DNA from: Blastocystis sp. Blastoise
Lineage: Eukaryota > Protista > Bigyra: Opalinata
Assembly (NCBI GenBank): GCA_039096225.1
Contig: JBBPEB010000005.1
Location: 1 to 64,000 of the forward strand
Length of the DNA stretch: 64,000 bases
Reading direction: 5' to 3'
The notes under the pieces are model-generated. The model searched no databases. It saw nothing but the letters and a program-made list of their open reading frames with translations, and was not told where the DNA came from. How positions within the stretch are numbered: the stretch's first letter is position 1; every line of letters starts with the position of its first letter. Made by a program: the position numbers and the translations under genes. This document shows, one piece after another, positions 1 through 52,120 of this stretch.

Positions 1-1097
1 ATTTCAATTAACTACAATAGAACTATATTGTGTATTTCCTATCATCATTTTTTTTTTGTTTCTATTATTTTATCATAATAAGTTAATTCTATTATGTTAA
101 CTATAATTTAAAAGTTATTTATTTACTAAAAACAAAAGTTTAACAGATATCTTCATTCTATTTTAGCTATAATTTCTGTTTTATTTCACTTTATTTATTG
201 TAATGAAATTATTTATCCCTTTTATTTAATTTACATTATTACTTATCATTTAGCAACTATTGAAATAAACTATCTACATCATAAAACGAATTATTCATAT
301 TTTCATTTACTTGATTATTTTTTTCATTATATACAATAAAAATCTACTTTATTATTATTATTTTCATTTTATTATAATTATTTCATATTAATCACAGACT
401 ATTAGAAAAATATCATTCATGTAACACATTTTTGAAAACAAATAATGTATATTAAAAATCAATTCAAAATATCATATAATATAAACAGTTATTAGCAACT
501 TTATAATATGTAAGGTAATCTGATATCTATATAACCATCAATAAAACACATAAAACATCTGATCATTAATTCTCATTCAACAATCTATTTTCTTATCTTA
601 TCATTTGATCAATTTATACGTAATACATGCTTATCTATACTTTATTCAATACATTTTCATCATTATAAAAACATAATTTCTACAACTTTGTCATTTATTT
701 CCTGTAAGCATATCATTCATACATGATTTCCTCACATTTCTTCATACCTAATACAATTCAAATAATCATCATAAATAATCATAGAATACAAAGACTAGCC
801 ATTTTCAATTATCAAATAGTATCTTTTAGTTTCAGCATTTACAGATTCTTTAATACATTTTCTATTATCTTATTCATTTTTATTTTGTAAATAATTTTAA
901 AATGCATCACCACACCAATAAAATGGCAATTTAAATCCCATACTTCCATTTTTTTCACTTTAAAAAAATCGTGACTATTTTTGTTTTTCTAGTATTCTAA
1001 TAACAATTTTAATTCAGAAACAAGGAAATGTAGAAAAAACATATTTTTGAGACAAATCGTCTGCTTTAATACTTATTATTAAGAAAAGCAAACTAAT

Positions 1098-2490
1098 ATG
1101 CCCTTATTAAACTTATATGTAAAGAAGGCAAATGCTGATAAAACACCATATCAAGTAGAAAGTAATGCTACTGTGTTATCTTTAAAAGAAACTCTTGCTG
1201 CTGCTTATGAATGTGAATCTAAGAACATCAATCTAGTTTTTAAAGGCAAAATCTTAAAGAATGAAACCACTTTTGAAGAATACTGTATGTAATTATATCT
1301 TAATTTGTTTTTATTTTCATTATTTATATGTATTTTATTATAGAATTCATTATTTAAGTGTATAGCATTGTTTACTATAATATATTTACAATATATCTAT
1401 AGCAATTGTTGATGGGAGTATTATTTTTTCTGTTGTAAGCAAGAAAGCTACACCAAAATCTAGTCAGCCTGTTGAACAACCTAAACCCGTTGAGGAACCT
1501 ACAACAACTATTAAGCCTTCAACCAATTCAACTTCTAATAACTCAACAAACAATCTTTTGAATTCATTCAAGTCTCCATCTTCTATGGGTGGTTTATCTG
1601 GTCTTATGAATGGTTCTATGGATCCTAATTCTATGAATCTTCTTTTAAATGGTAATATGGGTGATCTCGAAAAGACCCTTGAAGAGAATCCTGAGATGAT
1701 TACAAATATAATGAATAATCCTATGATGAAGAATCTTATGTCTGATCCTAATTATATAAAGAATATGATTATGTCCAATCCTGAAATGAGTTCTCTTGTT
1801 GAGAATAATCCTGAACTACGTATGGCTCTTGATAATCCTGAAATATATGACCAAATGAATGAAGTTATGAGTGACCCAGATAAGATGCGTCAATTACTTC
1901 AAGATAAAGACCGTATTCTACAAGAAGCAGAATCTAATCCGGATATAGCTCCTCAATTAGAACGTCTCTATCATGTATATATATATAGTTTAATTCTTTA
2001 TTGCTTGTAGATTTTTTTTGAATCTGTATATTTTATATACTTTTATCTTTATTGCTTGTGGATTTACTTTTTTTTTAAATATATTATTTTTCTATCTATA
2101 TTTTATATAGTATATTTTATCTATTATGCTATTTTTATATATATTTTAATATTTTTCTTTCTATATTTTATCTATTCTATTGTATCTATTACACTATTTC
2201 TATCTATAAAGCAAATTCAGGAGCCAATGGAGAATGCTATGTCGAATATGGGTGGACGTTCGGAGGCATTTGTGAATAATAGTGCTCCTTCTACTACTTC
2301 ATCTGCTTCTACTACTCCTGAGGATCCTCTTCCTGATTTATGGAGTAACTCAAACTCTAGAACTACTACTAATAATAACTCAAATACACGTAGTCACCCC
2401 TTAAGTAATTTAAGTGGACTTGGTAATTTAAGTGGACTTGGTAATTCTAGTGATATGAGTAGTATTTTAAATATGAATGGTATATATAGA

Positions 2491-2562
<72 letters not shown>

Positions 2563-3389
2563 TATAGATTCAGAAATAGATGCTTTACTTAATAATCCTA
2601 TGACCCAAGCTATGTTCCAACAAATGACTCAAAACCCTGAAACTATGAAATCTGTATTTATTTATATATATTTAATATTATATCTTTATTAATTAACAAT
2701 ATATTATTATTCTATATAAATTATAATATATTATTATCTTATATAAATAATACTATTACATTCATTATAGATGATGGAATCTTCTCCCATGTATCAACAA
2801 TTGAAGCAAACCAACCCTCAATTAGCTGAACAAATGATTAGCCCTGAATATATTAAACAATCATTCAATCCCGACTCACTTAAAAATGCTCTTCAAGCTC
2901 AAAAAGCAATTTCAGAACTTGAAAAATCGTATATATTTATTTAATTATATTATATTTGTCATTATTAAAACATATATAATATTTCATCTATAATAATTAT
3001 TATTATATATTTAATTATATTTGTCATTATTAAAACATATATGAATATTTCATCTATAATAATAATAATTATATATATATTATATTTATCATTATTAAAA
3101 CATATATTAATATTTCATTATAATAACTGTTATATATATATATAGTTTTGGTAATATGTCTCAGGGTACATCAAACAATCTTTCTTCTTTATCTAATTTA
3201 AGCAATCTATTTTCGTCTCCTTCTAGACAAAATAATGCTTCAGTATCTAGTGAACCTCCTGAAGTAAGATTCCAATCTCAATTACAGCAATTACATGACA
3301 TGGGATTCTGGGATGATGAAGAAAATATTCAACTTCTTATTCAATTTAACGGAAACGTACAAAGAGTTATTGATATATTATTAAATTAA
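1098..3389 (+). CDS. DSK2: Ubiquilin / Dsk2 (UBL-STI1-UBA proteasome shuttle), 6 exons: 1098-1284, 1403-1974, 2212-2479, 2568-2653, 2771-2928, 3146-3389
   Basis: N-terminal UBL (TVLSLKE...LVFKGKILK), M/N/P-rich STI1 repeats, IQEPM and PLPDLW motifs, C-terminal UBA (PPEVRFQSQLQQLHDMGF...NGNVQRVIDILL). All introns are GT-AG and keep frame. Confidence 0.93.
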
Positions 3390-3996
3390 GATATATTTTC
3401 TTTAAAAACAATATTTAAGACTATATTCTTTCCTATACATGAATTTTATTCTTCTCTTCTTTTGTTCTTACTTGTATATTGTTTTTTTTTTTGTCTTTTG
3501 TTTTTCTTTTGACTAATTTTTAATATAATAATCCTTTATCTTATTTCTTCTATATCTTTATGATGGTTAAACATATATACAAATCCATATCTATTTCGTT
3601 TAAAGAGAATCATATTATTCATTTATTAATGTTTGAGTTGAGTTTACTTATTCATTTTTGAAAGCATTTATCTACCAAATAATTATTTTATTTTGAATAG
3701 TATAACATATTTTTTCTTAATTATCCAAATAACATTCAATTCTTTTTGTTCATAAAAAAGTATTTGTGTCTATATAGTTTCTACACTTTCATTAAACTAT
3801 ATTTCACTTGAATACCTTATATTTCAGTATTTATTTATAAAAATTTTGATATTTTGAAAAAAAATCAAAAATTCCTCAGGACTTTTGAGAAATTCACGAT
3901 TAAAACAAATTATCTTTTTCATCAAAAATATTTTTCTTTTGGTGTTTATTTCAAACATTTAGAGATTTAAACTCTTTTTATTATTATCTTACAAAT

Positions 3997-4842
3997 ATGG
4001 AAAAAGAAACTGAAGCTATACAGACTCTTGTACTTTTTGATTTTTCCTGATGTTCATCATTTTTTCTTCTATAGTCAAATAGAGTTAACGAATTAGAACA
4101 AGTGATAGGTATAAGTCCTGAAAATTCAAGTACTCTTACAACTAGAATTCAAAATATTGTATCACAATTTAATGCAGTCATAGATATCTCTGATATCAAA
4201 GATTTTCTTGAATCTTGTAAGTTTTATATTGTATACATATATAATATATATATATATAATCATTTTTATTTTGAAATTAGCTAATATTTTTTACACTTTT
4301 TTTATAAATTATTTATTTTTTAATATATATATATTGTGATTTCTATAGATGATAAGATATCACCTTTTCTAGAAATTAACTTTAGTGAAAAGATGCAATC
4401 AGAGCATACTTCTTTTATGGATAGAAAACAATTCATTATTGATTCTGAAAAATTATTAAATAAATATACTGAGCAATATCAAGTTATTTCAGACGCTAAA
4501 GCTATTATTGATCAAGGCAATTTTGATAGTATATATATTCTTTTATTATTATTCTATATTTAAAAATATATATTATATGTAATATATATATTACATATAG
4601 ATTTGGATGAGATTGATAAACAATTAACTGAAGTTGAAGCTTCATTTGCGACTTTAGAAACAGAAGCTAAATTAATACATCAAGAAACAATCGATAAAAT
4701 CAAATCCTATTCAGATATTGTATATTGAATTATTTTTTAATATATAAATTTATTTTATTATTCTATATAGATTAATTTATTGAATGGAAAATTATTGTCT
4801 TATCTTAGTGCCTTAGAGAAATATGAATCTAAAAATCATTAA
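3997..4842 (+). CDS. DCTN3: Dynactin subunit 3 (p22/p24)-like, 5 exons
   Basis: Spliced product MEKETEAIQTLSNRVNELEQVIG...DRKQFIIDSEKLL...IIDQGNF...IKSYSDIINLLNGKLLSYLSALEKYE* follows the DCTN3 pattern (L..RV.ELE..G; K.QFI..E; Y....LL...F). Similar length, four GT-AG introns. Recognised by eye. Confidence 0.7.
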
Positions 4843-5181
4843 ATATTTTTATATATATTATTTTGTATCTATAATCTATTATACTTATTATTCTTTCTTT
4901 ATCTATAATATATATATGTAAATCTATTTTGTTGTAAAGAATTATTATTTCTATGTTCTTATATACAATGAAAGTTTTTTTTTATTTATAAATTAACAAT
5001 AAAAAACTATAAATTGTTTTCATATAGTTTATCTTTATTGAAAATTATTGAATATTATACGAAATACAATTCTATATACGATCCATAAACCAAAAACCAT
5101 CAGTTTTCAACAAATACATTTATAAAAAACATAAAAACACTTATAGAATAATAGGAAAAGAACAGAGTTATATTCAATACA

Positions 5182-12013
<6,832 letters not shown>

Positions 12014-12604
12014 GAGAAAATAAACAAAATCTGTAGCCAACAAAAAATATAGAAAGAAACTATTATTCCCATGTTTAAATAAAAATTATTTTAGTTTCAT
12101 TTATTTAATTTCTCTTTTGTTTCTTGAGTATTATCATTGGAGTTACATGATTATTTTGGATATAGACCTATTTTAAATATGAAAAAAGTTCAAAGGACGT
12201 TTTTTGAACAATTATCACAAACTAAGATGCGTTAAAACTGCATTAATTATCCTTTTTATTTTACAAATTATGATAAAAAACAGAAAAAATCAATCTACTG
12301 TAAAAAAAGACATGATCTACTATCCATTTATACCTTACAATATAGTTTAAAAACAATTAGAGATGTTTGTAACACATCTACATTATATTTGAAATCGTAA
12401 GACCATGAATAAAGTATTTTCTAAAAACTAAATTTTCAAATACAATTATTTTTCTATCAAAGAAATCAATTCAAGATAGTCATGTATTTAAAAAATATAT
12501 TTTGAATACAATGAAAATTAATTTATTATTTGTTTTTATTTTATTTTAAACAAAAAGATTAAGAAATTATTATTTTTTTAATAAATAAAATTTTATTTAA
12601 AAAA

Positions 12605-12872
12605 ATGGAGACTCCAACAAAACAAAAATGTAAATACACTTATAAATATATTTTTATATTTTTTTAAATATAGTTGAATCAAAATTACAAAAAAATATCT
12701 CTTTGAAGAAAGATCAAATGAAACATCACAGCACTCTTTGTATATGAATCACTTTAAATCAATCTCTTATTCTATTCTAGCTCCTTCTGATCCTTCAGAG
12801 GTATTTAAAACTGCACTTGAATATATAAAAAATACAAATATCTTTTATGAAAGTCCCAAAAATAGTTCATAA
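12605..12872 (+). CDS. Hypothetical 60-aa spliced microprotein (exons 12605-12629, 12674-12739, 12781-12872)
   Basis: Two short GT-AG introns with TAG acceptors, both phase 1, give METPTKQKFESKLQKNISLKKDQMKHHSTLSPSDPSEVFKTALEYIKNTNIFYESPKNSS*. Absent from the ORF track. Confidence 0.6.
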
Positions 12873-13105
12873 TTATTTCATTGTTGTTCTATTTATTATT
12901 TTAACACTTTTTGACAAATTCGAAATATATAAAATAATAAAAAATACTTATAAAGCATCACATTTAATAAAAAGCTGAAATAGTTGTTGAATTTATTTGT
13001 ATACTTGAATTTGTTGTCTGATTCTTTATTCAGACTTTCTCAATTTCTGGCAAATTTATAAAGAAACGAGAAATTTCTAAAAACCGTGAATAACTGATTG
13101 AAATA

Positions 13106-13114
13106 CCGCCAAAA
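13106..13114 (-). promoter_or_regulatory. Candidate E2F-type site (TTTTGGCGG) ~140 nt upstream of the coiled-coil gene
   Basis: Matches TTTSSCGS in otherwise very GC-poor intergenic DNA. Function is inferred only. Confidence 0.25.
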
Positions 13115-13249
13115 TTTCTACAAATCAATTTTATTTTCCTCCACTTTTTCAATTCTTGTCTTGGAAATAAAAAGAAAAAATAAAAATTTTTAAAAATATT
13201 TCTTCATATTTTTTAAAGTTCTTTCACAGTTAGATAAAGAATTATAAAA

Positions 13250-23988
<10,739 letters not shown>

Positions 23989-24551
23989 GTAGTTTCTTTT
24001 TTGTTTGTATTTTTTATATTCTTTTATTTATTATACTTTTTATGCTTTTTATTAATGTTGTTTTTTATTTATTATATTTTTTATTTATTATATTTTTTAT
24101 ATTTTTTATTTATTATATTTTTTATTTATTATATTATATATTTTTTATTTATTATATCTTTCTATATAATATATATATAAATACACTACTAATTATTTAT
24201 ATTTTTTCGTCTTTTTTCCTCTTTTCTCCTCTTTTTTTGTAATAATTTTATTTGCAAATATATGATATTTGTTTTGTTTTTATAACTATCATGATTCTTT
24301 CATTACTAAACAACTAAAATATTTTTGTTTTCATTCATTTTAAGGATTCATTCATAAAATAAAAGATATCTAAAAGGAAATAAACAGTAAAATGAAATCC
24401 ACTGAGAATATAAATATATATAGATTTAAAAATAATAATCTTTATTATAACACAAGATTATTTAAGATATTTTCAAAATAATAAATGAAACGAAATAGAA
24501 TTATAAAGAATATATTTATAAATGTTTATGTTAATTAAAATAATAATAATT

Positions 24552-42269
<17,718 letters not shown>

Positions 42270-42851
42270 GTATTAATAAAATTAAAAACGATCTATCGAC
42301 ATAAAGGCTTCATAATATACTTTTTGAGATTCTCTTGGTTGTTTCCCCCTAAAAATGGTGTTTTCGTAATTTTATAAATCTTTTTTTTTAATCCTTTTTT
42401 TTTTGAATGTATGAAAAGTGATAAAGTTTTTAAATGATATTACATTGATAAAGATTATTCATAGCATGTCTTTATGATATTTTTATAAGAATTGGAAATT
42501 GACATTGAAACCATGATGTACTATATAAATGAAGAAGATGTATTATAATGTGTAATCTGATTTCATTATATTATATAAATAATTTTTTATTATTTTTTTA
42601 ATAAATTGTTTTGAATTCACGTTACAATAATATGTATTTTTATTAATGAATCACTTTGATATATCAATTATTATCTCGATTCTGCAAATAATATACTAAA
42701 ACATTTATAACATACATTTATTATAAAATAAACTTATTTACTAACGAGACAACACAACAAAAAACAGATATAATTACAATAACAAATAGATAAAATATCA
42801 ATAACATTAAGAGTATATAAAGAAAAAGAAAAATTGAATAATATATATTAT

Positions 42852-44357
42852 TTATGAAGTTGTAGTATTTTGAAGATTATACCATTTATTGATATATTGA
42901 CAATTAATCGGCGACACTTCACCGTTCTTTTGGCATTTATAATAAAGAGGGCAGTTACCGCAGGGACATTCAGAGAGAACATCATAATCTTCTATAGCAT
43001 TCTTTGGTTTCCATTTGACTATATTCTATAAAGAGAAGAAGAAGAGAAATAGAATAATAAATATCATTAGAATCAACTATGTTTTCAATAGACATAGAAT
43101 AATAAGTCATAAAGTACAAGTTTAACAATATTGATAAGCATAATAATAAGAAATAAAGTAATATAAAGAATAGTATTAATAATTCTATAAAAATACAAAT
43201 AGTATAGTATACTGATCATAATATATATATATATACTTTATCGTGGTAATCAACTACTTCTTCTAGAATATTCTCAAAGGATAATTTCTCTAATAACATT
43301 TGCACATCTTGTTTTGTAAGCAGTAATTATATTAAGAATATATATATATATTGATTATTATTATTATTATTATATATAAGGATATTTGCATTTGAAATAC
43401 CACTCTGATTTATCTTATCAACAATTTCATCAATAACTAACCCACTTCTCTATATATATTATATATATATTATATATATTATATTATATTCATGGAAAAT
43501 AATTATTAAACCAATACATATATATAATTCTTTTTAAGATGAAAAAAATAAAATAAATATATATAAATAGAATTCTAATGAATATTAATATATATACTTC
43601 TTTTGCTATTAGTTTCACGACATATTTAGACACGATTTCAATATATTCTAGATCGAATTCCTGGTTTGTATACCACGCACCTCCTGTTTGTTCTGTTGAA
43701 GGCTCTAGAAGATTATATATATATATATCATTTATTTCAAATACATAGAATATATATATATAATTATATATATATATATATATCATTTATTTCAAATACA
43801 TAGAATATATATATAATTATATAATATATATATAATTATATATTTATTCAATAACAATAGATAGACAACAATATCATCAGCATACCTAGTTCATAAAGAA
43901 TGTACATTTTTCTTGTCTTTGCAGCAATTGTACGAAAACACTTGACTAGTTTTCGGGTTTCCAATTTCTTTAATATCTTCACAACAACATTTTGATGATA
44001 ACCTGTTTGTAATTTGATTTGTCTTGACCAAATACCACCATTTCCAGCATTCTGAATAAGCTGATAAACAAGCAATTCCAAATCACTTAAACCATCTAAT
44101 CTTTGCTTTTGAGCTTTTTCTTGGCCAGTCAATAACTGATATATATATCCATCTGGACCTTCCAATAATCGAATCGTATTTGTGGAAATCAAATTTTGAA
44201 TTGGTTCAACTAGTTTCAAATAATCAGCATTAAAAATTCGCTTTAACTGGGAATCACTTATACCCTATTGATAATAAAAACTATTTTTTATTTTATAGTA
44301 TACTTCAGGATTCTTTGTAAGCTCATCTATCAGTCTTGTTTCGAGATCTACTGACAT
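42852..44357 (-). CDS. POLR3F: RNA polymerase III subunit RPC34/RPC6
   Basis: LVYQLIQNAGNGGIW, KILKKLE, KMYILYELEPS..TGGAWY.QEFD.EYI, and C-terminal Fe-S cysteines CPCGNCPLYYKC...SPINC.Y..W. Confidence 0.93.
43323..43385 (-). other. U12-type AT-AC intron in RPC34, 63 nt, phase 1
   Basis: ...GCA A|ATATCCTT...TTCTTAATataattAC|TG CTT ACA gives GISNAMLTKQDVQMLL, colinear with the conserved GISxxxLxxxDIxxIL segment. Confidence 0.93.
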
Positions 44358-45244
44358 ATAGAGAGGACTTTTTAGAAAAAAAATAAAAGCTTTTAAAAAT
44401 TCTCTTGTTTATTTGTTTGGTTTCACCACAGAAAAAGAAATAAACAAGATTATTTTTAAATACTTTATTCTTACTGTTTATTTACTATTTCTCATTATTT
44501 ATTTAAAAGAAGAACCCACTGATCTTTTCTAAGTGTATACATTACAATAAGATATAAATTATATAGAAACAGGAACTATTTATGAATTGATTATCCTTAT
44601 TCTTATGATTCATTCAGTTTTTTAACCTAGTGAACAAATTACGTCTCTTTGCCTTCGTTTTAATGATAGAATCAATAGTTTATGATTACATTATATGAAT
44701 TTACTTGTAGATATCTTCTGCTTTGCTCAATATTATTATGCTTATATTATGATATATAAATTCTGAAACATTTTTTTCTAATCCTGGAAATGTCTTTATG
44801 AAATTCTACATACATTCATCAGATAATGGCAGTAAAATGTTTTTGGATAAGTAATTATTTATATTCAGAGTCAATTCTTTATGTTTTGTATATCTCAACT
44901 GTATCGAAAACATATAAAAATGTATTAAACTATTAAAAGGCACTTGGAACCCAACATAAATATATCGTTAAAATTTATTCTGATGATACAAAGTCAGTAG
45001 TTTATATATGTTTTCTAATTATATAAAAAAGAAACATTTTAAATATAAAGTCTCTACTAAACAATAAACGCTAATAAACCGTTATATTAAATAATATAAG
45101 TTATTTTGGTATACAACAATATTACAGTACCCGTTATTATTGTTATAACTTTAATCCATAAATCTCTCGAATATCTTATTCTTATAAAAACACAACAATA
45201 TATATAAAAACATTAACAACATATATAGATAACAAAGGAATCAT

Positions 45245-48767
<3,523 letters not shown>

Positions 48768-49017
48768 GATAAAGGTTCAAAAATATTTTATTTTTACTAT
48801 TGGTATAAGATCTTTTATAGTGTAAGTAATATGCTAGCATGATGTTAGAGAGCTATATGCTATATAATACATATTTTTAATCATAAATTATCTATTTATT
48901 CATTTCACTTTTAGAATTCTCTCCGCTATACAAATTATAAATCGTGTAGAAACACTAGTTAAATCGTATACATAATTAACAAATCATTCTCAGGTATATA
49001 TTCTAGTTTATCCAACG

Positions 49018-50535
49018 ATGAATTCTGATTCCATGAATAATTTTGATAATAACTTACAGGATTTGATTAGATCCTGTTCTGAAGTATATTTTCAATTCAT
49101 TCTAATATTTATTTAGTTATACAATCTTAATATATTCAAATTAACACACATTTCTATTCACTTGTTATTATTTCTTCATTATTTCAAATTTTCTATATAT
49201 TATACTTTATAGTATGAGATGCAGGTCCTAAAAGAGATTCAAACGAAATATTTAAATCCACAGGAACAATCTTCTTCGTCTATTCCTACGAATTCATCAA
49301 CAATAAATGAAACAAACGAATCTATGAGTTCTCAACAAACTAATAAGAATTCTACTATATCTCCAGCCACTCCTCAAATATTATCTTCTACTATATCTCC
49401 AGCCACTCCTCAAATATTATCTTCTGCTATATCTCCAGTCACTCCTCAAATATTCCCTTCTACTATATCCATGAACTCAGTTCATATAAATTCAAATGAA
49501 TCTTCTTCAGTACCGGCTTCTACACCTTCCAAATCAAAACCTCATGTGAAGAAGAACACAAATAAAGAGATCCCTCAGTGTGTTGTGTCACATGAACCAA
49601 GTAATACAATAGCTGTATCTAATTATAATGTATGTATAAAGTCATATAATGAATATAATGAAATATTTGAACGAATAAAGAATGACACTAATGAACCGTA
49701 TAAAACATTTAAAAATCAATCAAGAAAAGAGATTAATCATGATTTGAGTATTGTTTCAGCTGAAATTAATCAAATTACGAAATGTATTAGTTATTTATTA
49801 ACTTTATTCAAACAATATAAATCGAAAAGTGAAGATTATTACCGATTTGGAGTTCTCTTCTTATTCCAAAGAATTATTGATTTGTCGAAAAATGCAACTG
49901 GATTAGAAGGAATAGCTCCTTTATGTGTTGTTCTTATGTATATAATATTAAAAGAAAAAAAATTAAGAGATCCCTTATTAGGGTGTATATATGTCAATTG
50001 CCCTCTTTGTGTGCCTCTATATATAGAGCAAGGGTCACTAAGTGAAAAGGAATGGAAACAAAAACAAGGATATAGTAATAATGGTGAAGAACCAGAAGAA
50101 AAATATATTAAACGAATGGGTAATATCATGTATATATATAGTTCTTTAATACAAATTGAACCATTCACAGACGCAATAAATCCTATGGGTCCAGAATTAG
50201 GATGGTTATGGATAGCACATGCTGTGAATGTCAACCTACAAAAACTACATCCAACATTTCCTATGATGCTGTGTAATTTCTTAAAAACTGCGGGTAATAA
50301 AATGATGATTGAATATAAAAATCAATTTGATAAAATATTAACATTAATACAAAAAAGAATAGTACCAATAATCACAAAGGATACAAGAATTGCAAATATT
50401 GATAAAGAGAATATTGATGTATTTTTCAAAGAATATCAGAAAAATAGAACAATTGAAAAGCCTTCATGTCTTACATTCGCTAAGGAAGCATTTAAATCTG
50501 GATTAGAAAATATTGAAGACGCAAACAAAGAATAG
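49018..50535 (+). CDS. GLE1: mRNA export factor GLE1-like (probable exons 49018-49083, 49213-50535)
   Basis: CPLCVPLY, GY...EPEEKYIKRMG, NPMGPELGWLWIA, FLKTAG..M..YKNQF.KIL match the GLE1 C-terminal domain. The 5' exon is less certain. Confidence 0.82.
49351..49470 (+). repeat. 36-bp tandem repeat (~3 copies) encoding STISPATPQILS in GLE1
   Basis: Visible in both DNA and protein. Confidence 0.85.
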
Positions 50536-51082
50536 TTTTAAAATGAACCTAAATACATATTTTGTTGATTTTTTTTTGTTTTTAGAGAATGTTCTATATT
50601 TTGACTTTTTATTCTGAAATTGAAAAAAACTATAATATCACATTCTGGAGAATTTCATTTATATAAAAACTACTAAATATTGAATTCTTTGTATAATATA
50701 AACTATCTAGGGTTTATGTAAATGATATTTAAAGTTAAGTAACAGGAATCAACATTCAAATGACAATCAATTGTGAATATAACGTTTTGATAACAATTTT
50801 ATCCATATATAGAACTAACTTATATGACAATAATACACATTATTTAATAAAATAAAAATTATATGCTAATAAAAATGAATTTAATAATAAAAAGAAATCA
50901 AAACAACAATTCCCGTGAGGATAAAGGGATAAAATTTCTTAAAATCCAGGGGGTAGTCAAGAAAAATAGATGGTATAGGAAGGGAAAACTCATTTACCCC
51001 CACCAATAATTTATTTCCTTTGTTTTTTTCTTGTTTTCACAAATTCAACACCAGTTTATCTTCTTTTCTTCACGCTTCGAAT

Positions 51083-51830
51083 ATGGCTGAACTTATTGAA
51101 CAAGTATGACTTTATATAATATCTATATCTTATATATATTCAAATATACCTGGATTATGAAAAGTCCATTACAATTTTCTTCTTGTCAACTTTTTTTATA
51201 ACGTTTACGATGAATAAATTCATAATGATGTTCTATGAACAAAATGAAACTGCTTTCCAAAAGCAAGAAATGTTTTCTGCCCGTAAGGCTCATCTTTTAG
51301 GTAAAAAAGGTGGTAATCAACGTTGGTATTGTGATGTTGGTTTAGGTTTCAAGACTCCTGAAACTGCTATTAAGGGAACTTACATTGATAAGAAGTGTCC
51401 TTTTACTTCTAATGTTAGTATTCGTGGTGCTATTCTTAGAGGTCTTGTTATCTCTACTAAGATGCAACGTACTATTATTGTTCGTCGTGATTATCTTCAA
51501 TACATCAAGAAGTACAGAAGGTAAATAAACAAATATATATATATATATATATTTTTTAAATATTATTAAAATATTATTATTATATTAAATTATATAATTT
51601 ATTTGAATATATATAAATTGAATACTATACTATAAATATGAAGATATGAAAAGAGACATTGTAACATTGCTGCTCACTGTTCTCCTGCTTTCCATGTAAA
51701 GGAAGGTGATATTGTTACCATTGGTCAATGCAGACCTCTTTCTAAGACTGTTCGTTTCAATGTCCTTGATCATGTTGCTCAACAATCCAAGGGTTTATCT
51801 AACATTCGTAAACAATTCCGTATGTTCTAA
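51083..51830 (+). CDS. RPS11: 40S ribosomal protein S11 (uS17); exons 51083-51103, 51243-51511, 51643-51830
   Basis: [72 protein letters not shown]. The first intron acceptor is non-canonical (see findings). Confidence 0.95.
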
Positions 51831-52120
51831 ATCATATAGTTTGTTTATTGAAAATTCAAAAGCAAGAAGAATTGATATTGGTAAAAAAAAATATGTTTTG
51901 TTTTGTTATTCTAAGGTTTTTTAATTTTTATTTATTTATTTTTTTTATTTATTCTTCTTCTTATTATTTTAAAATCAAAAAAATATAATTATTAAAAAAT
52001 AACAAAACAATGATATTTTGAAATGATTATTATTTTGAAAAAAAAGAAAAAGTTGTATTATATTTTTAAAAAAATAATAATAAAAAGAAGAAAAATAAAT
52101 AAAAAAAAAGACTATAACAT

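Noticed and set aside
1-900. Gene or ncRNA at the window start
   Set aside because: AT-rich sequence with no supportable ORF, splice model or RNA motif.
44500-45150. Possible small gene between RPC34 and AFG2
   Set aside because: Only short ORFs (~35 aa) and no consistent splice model.
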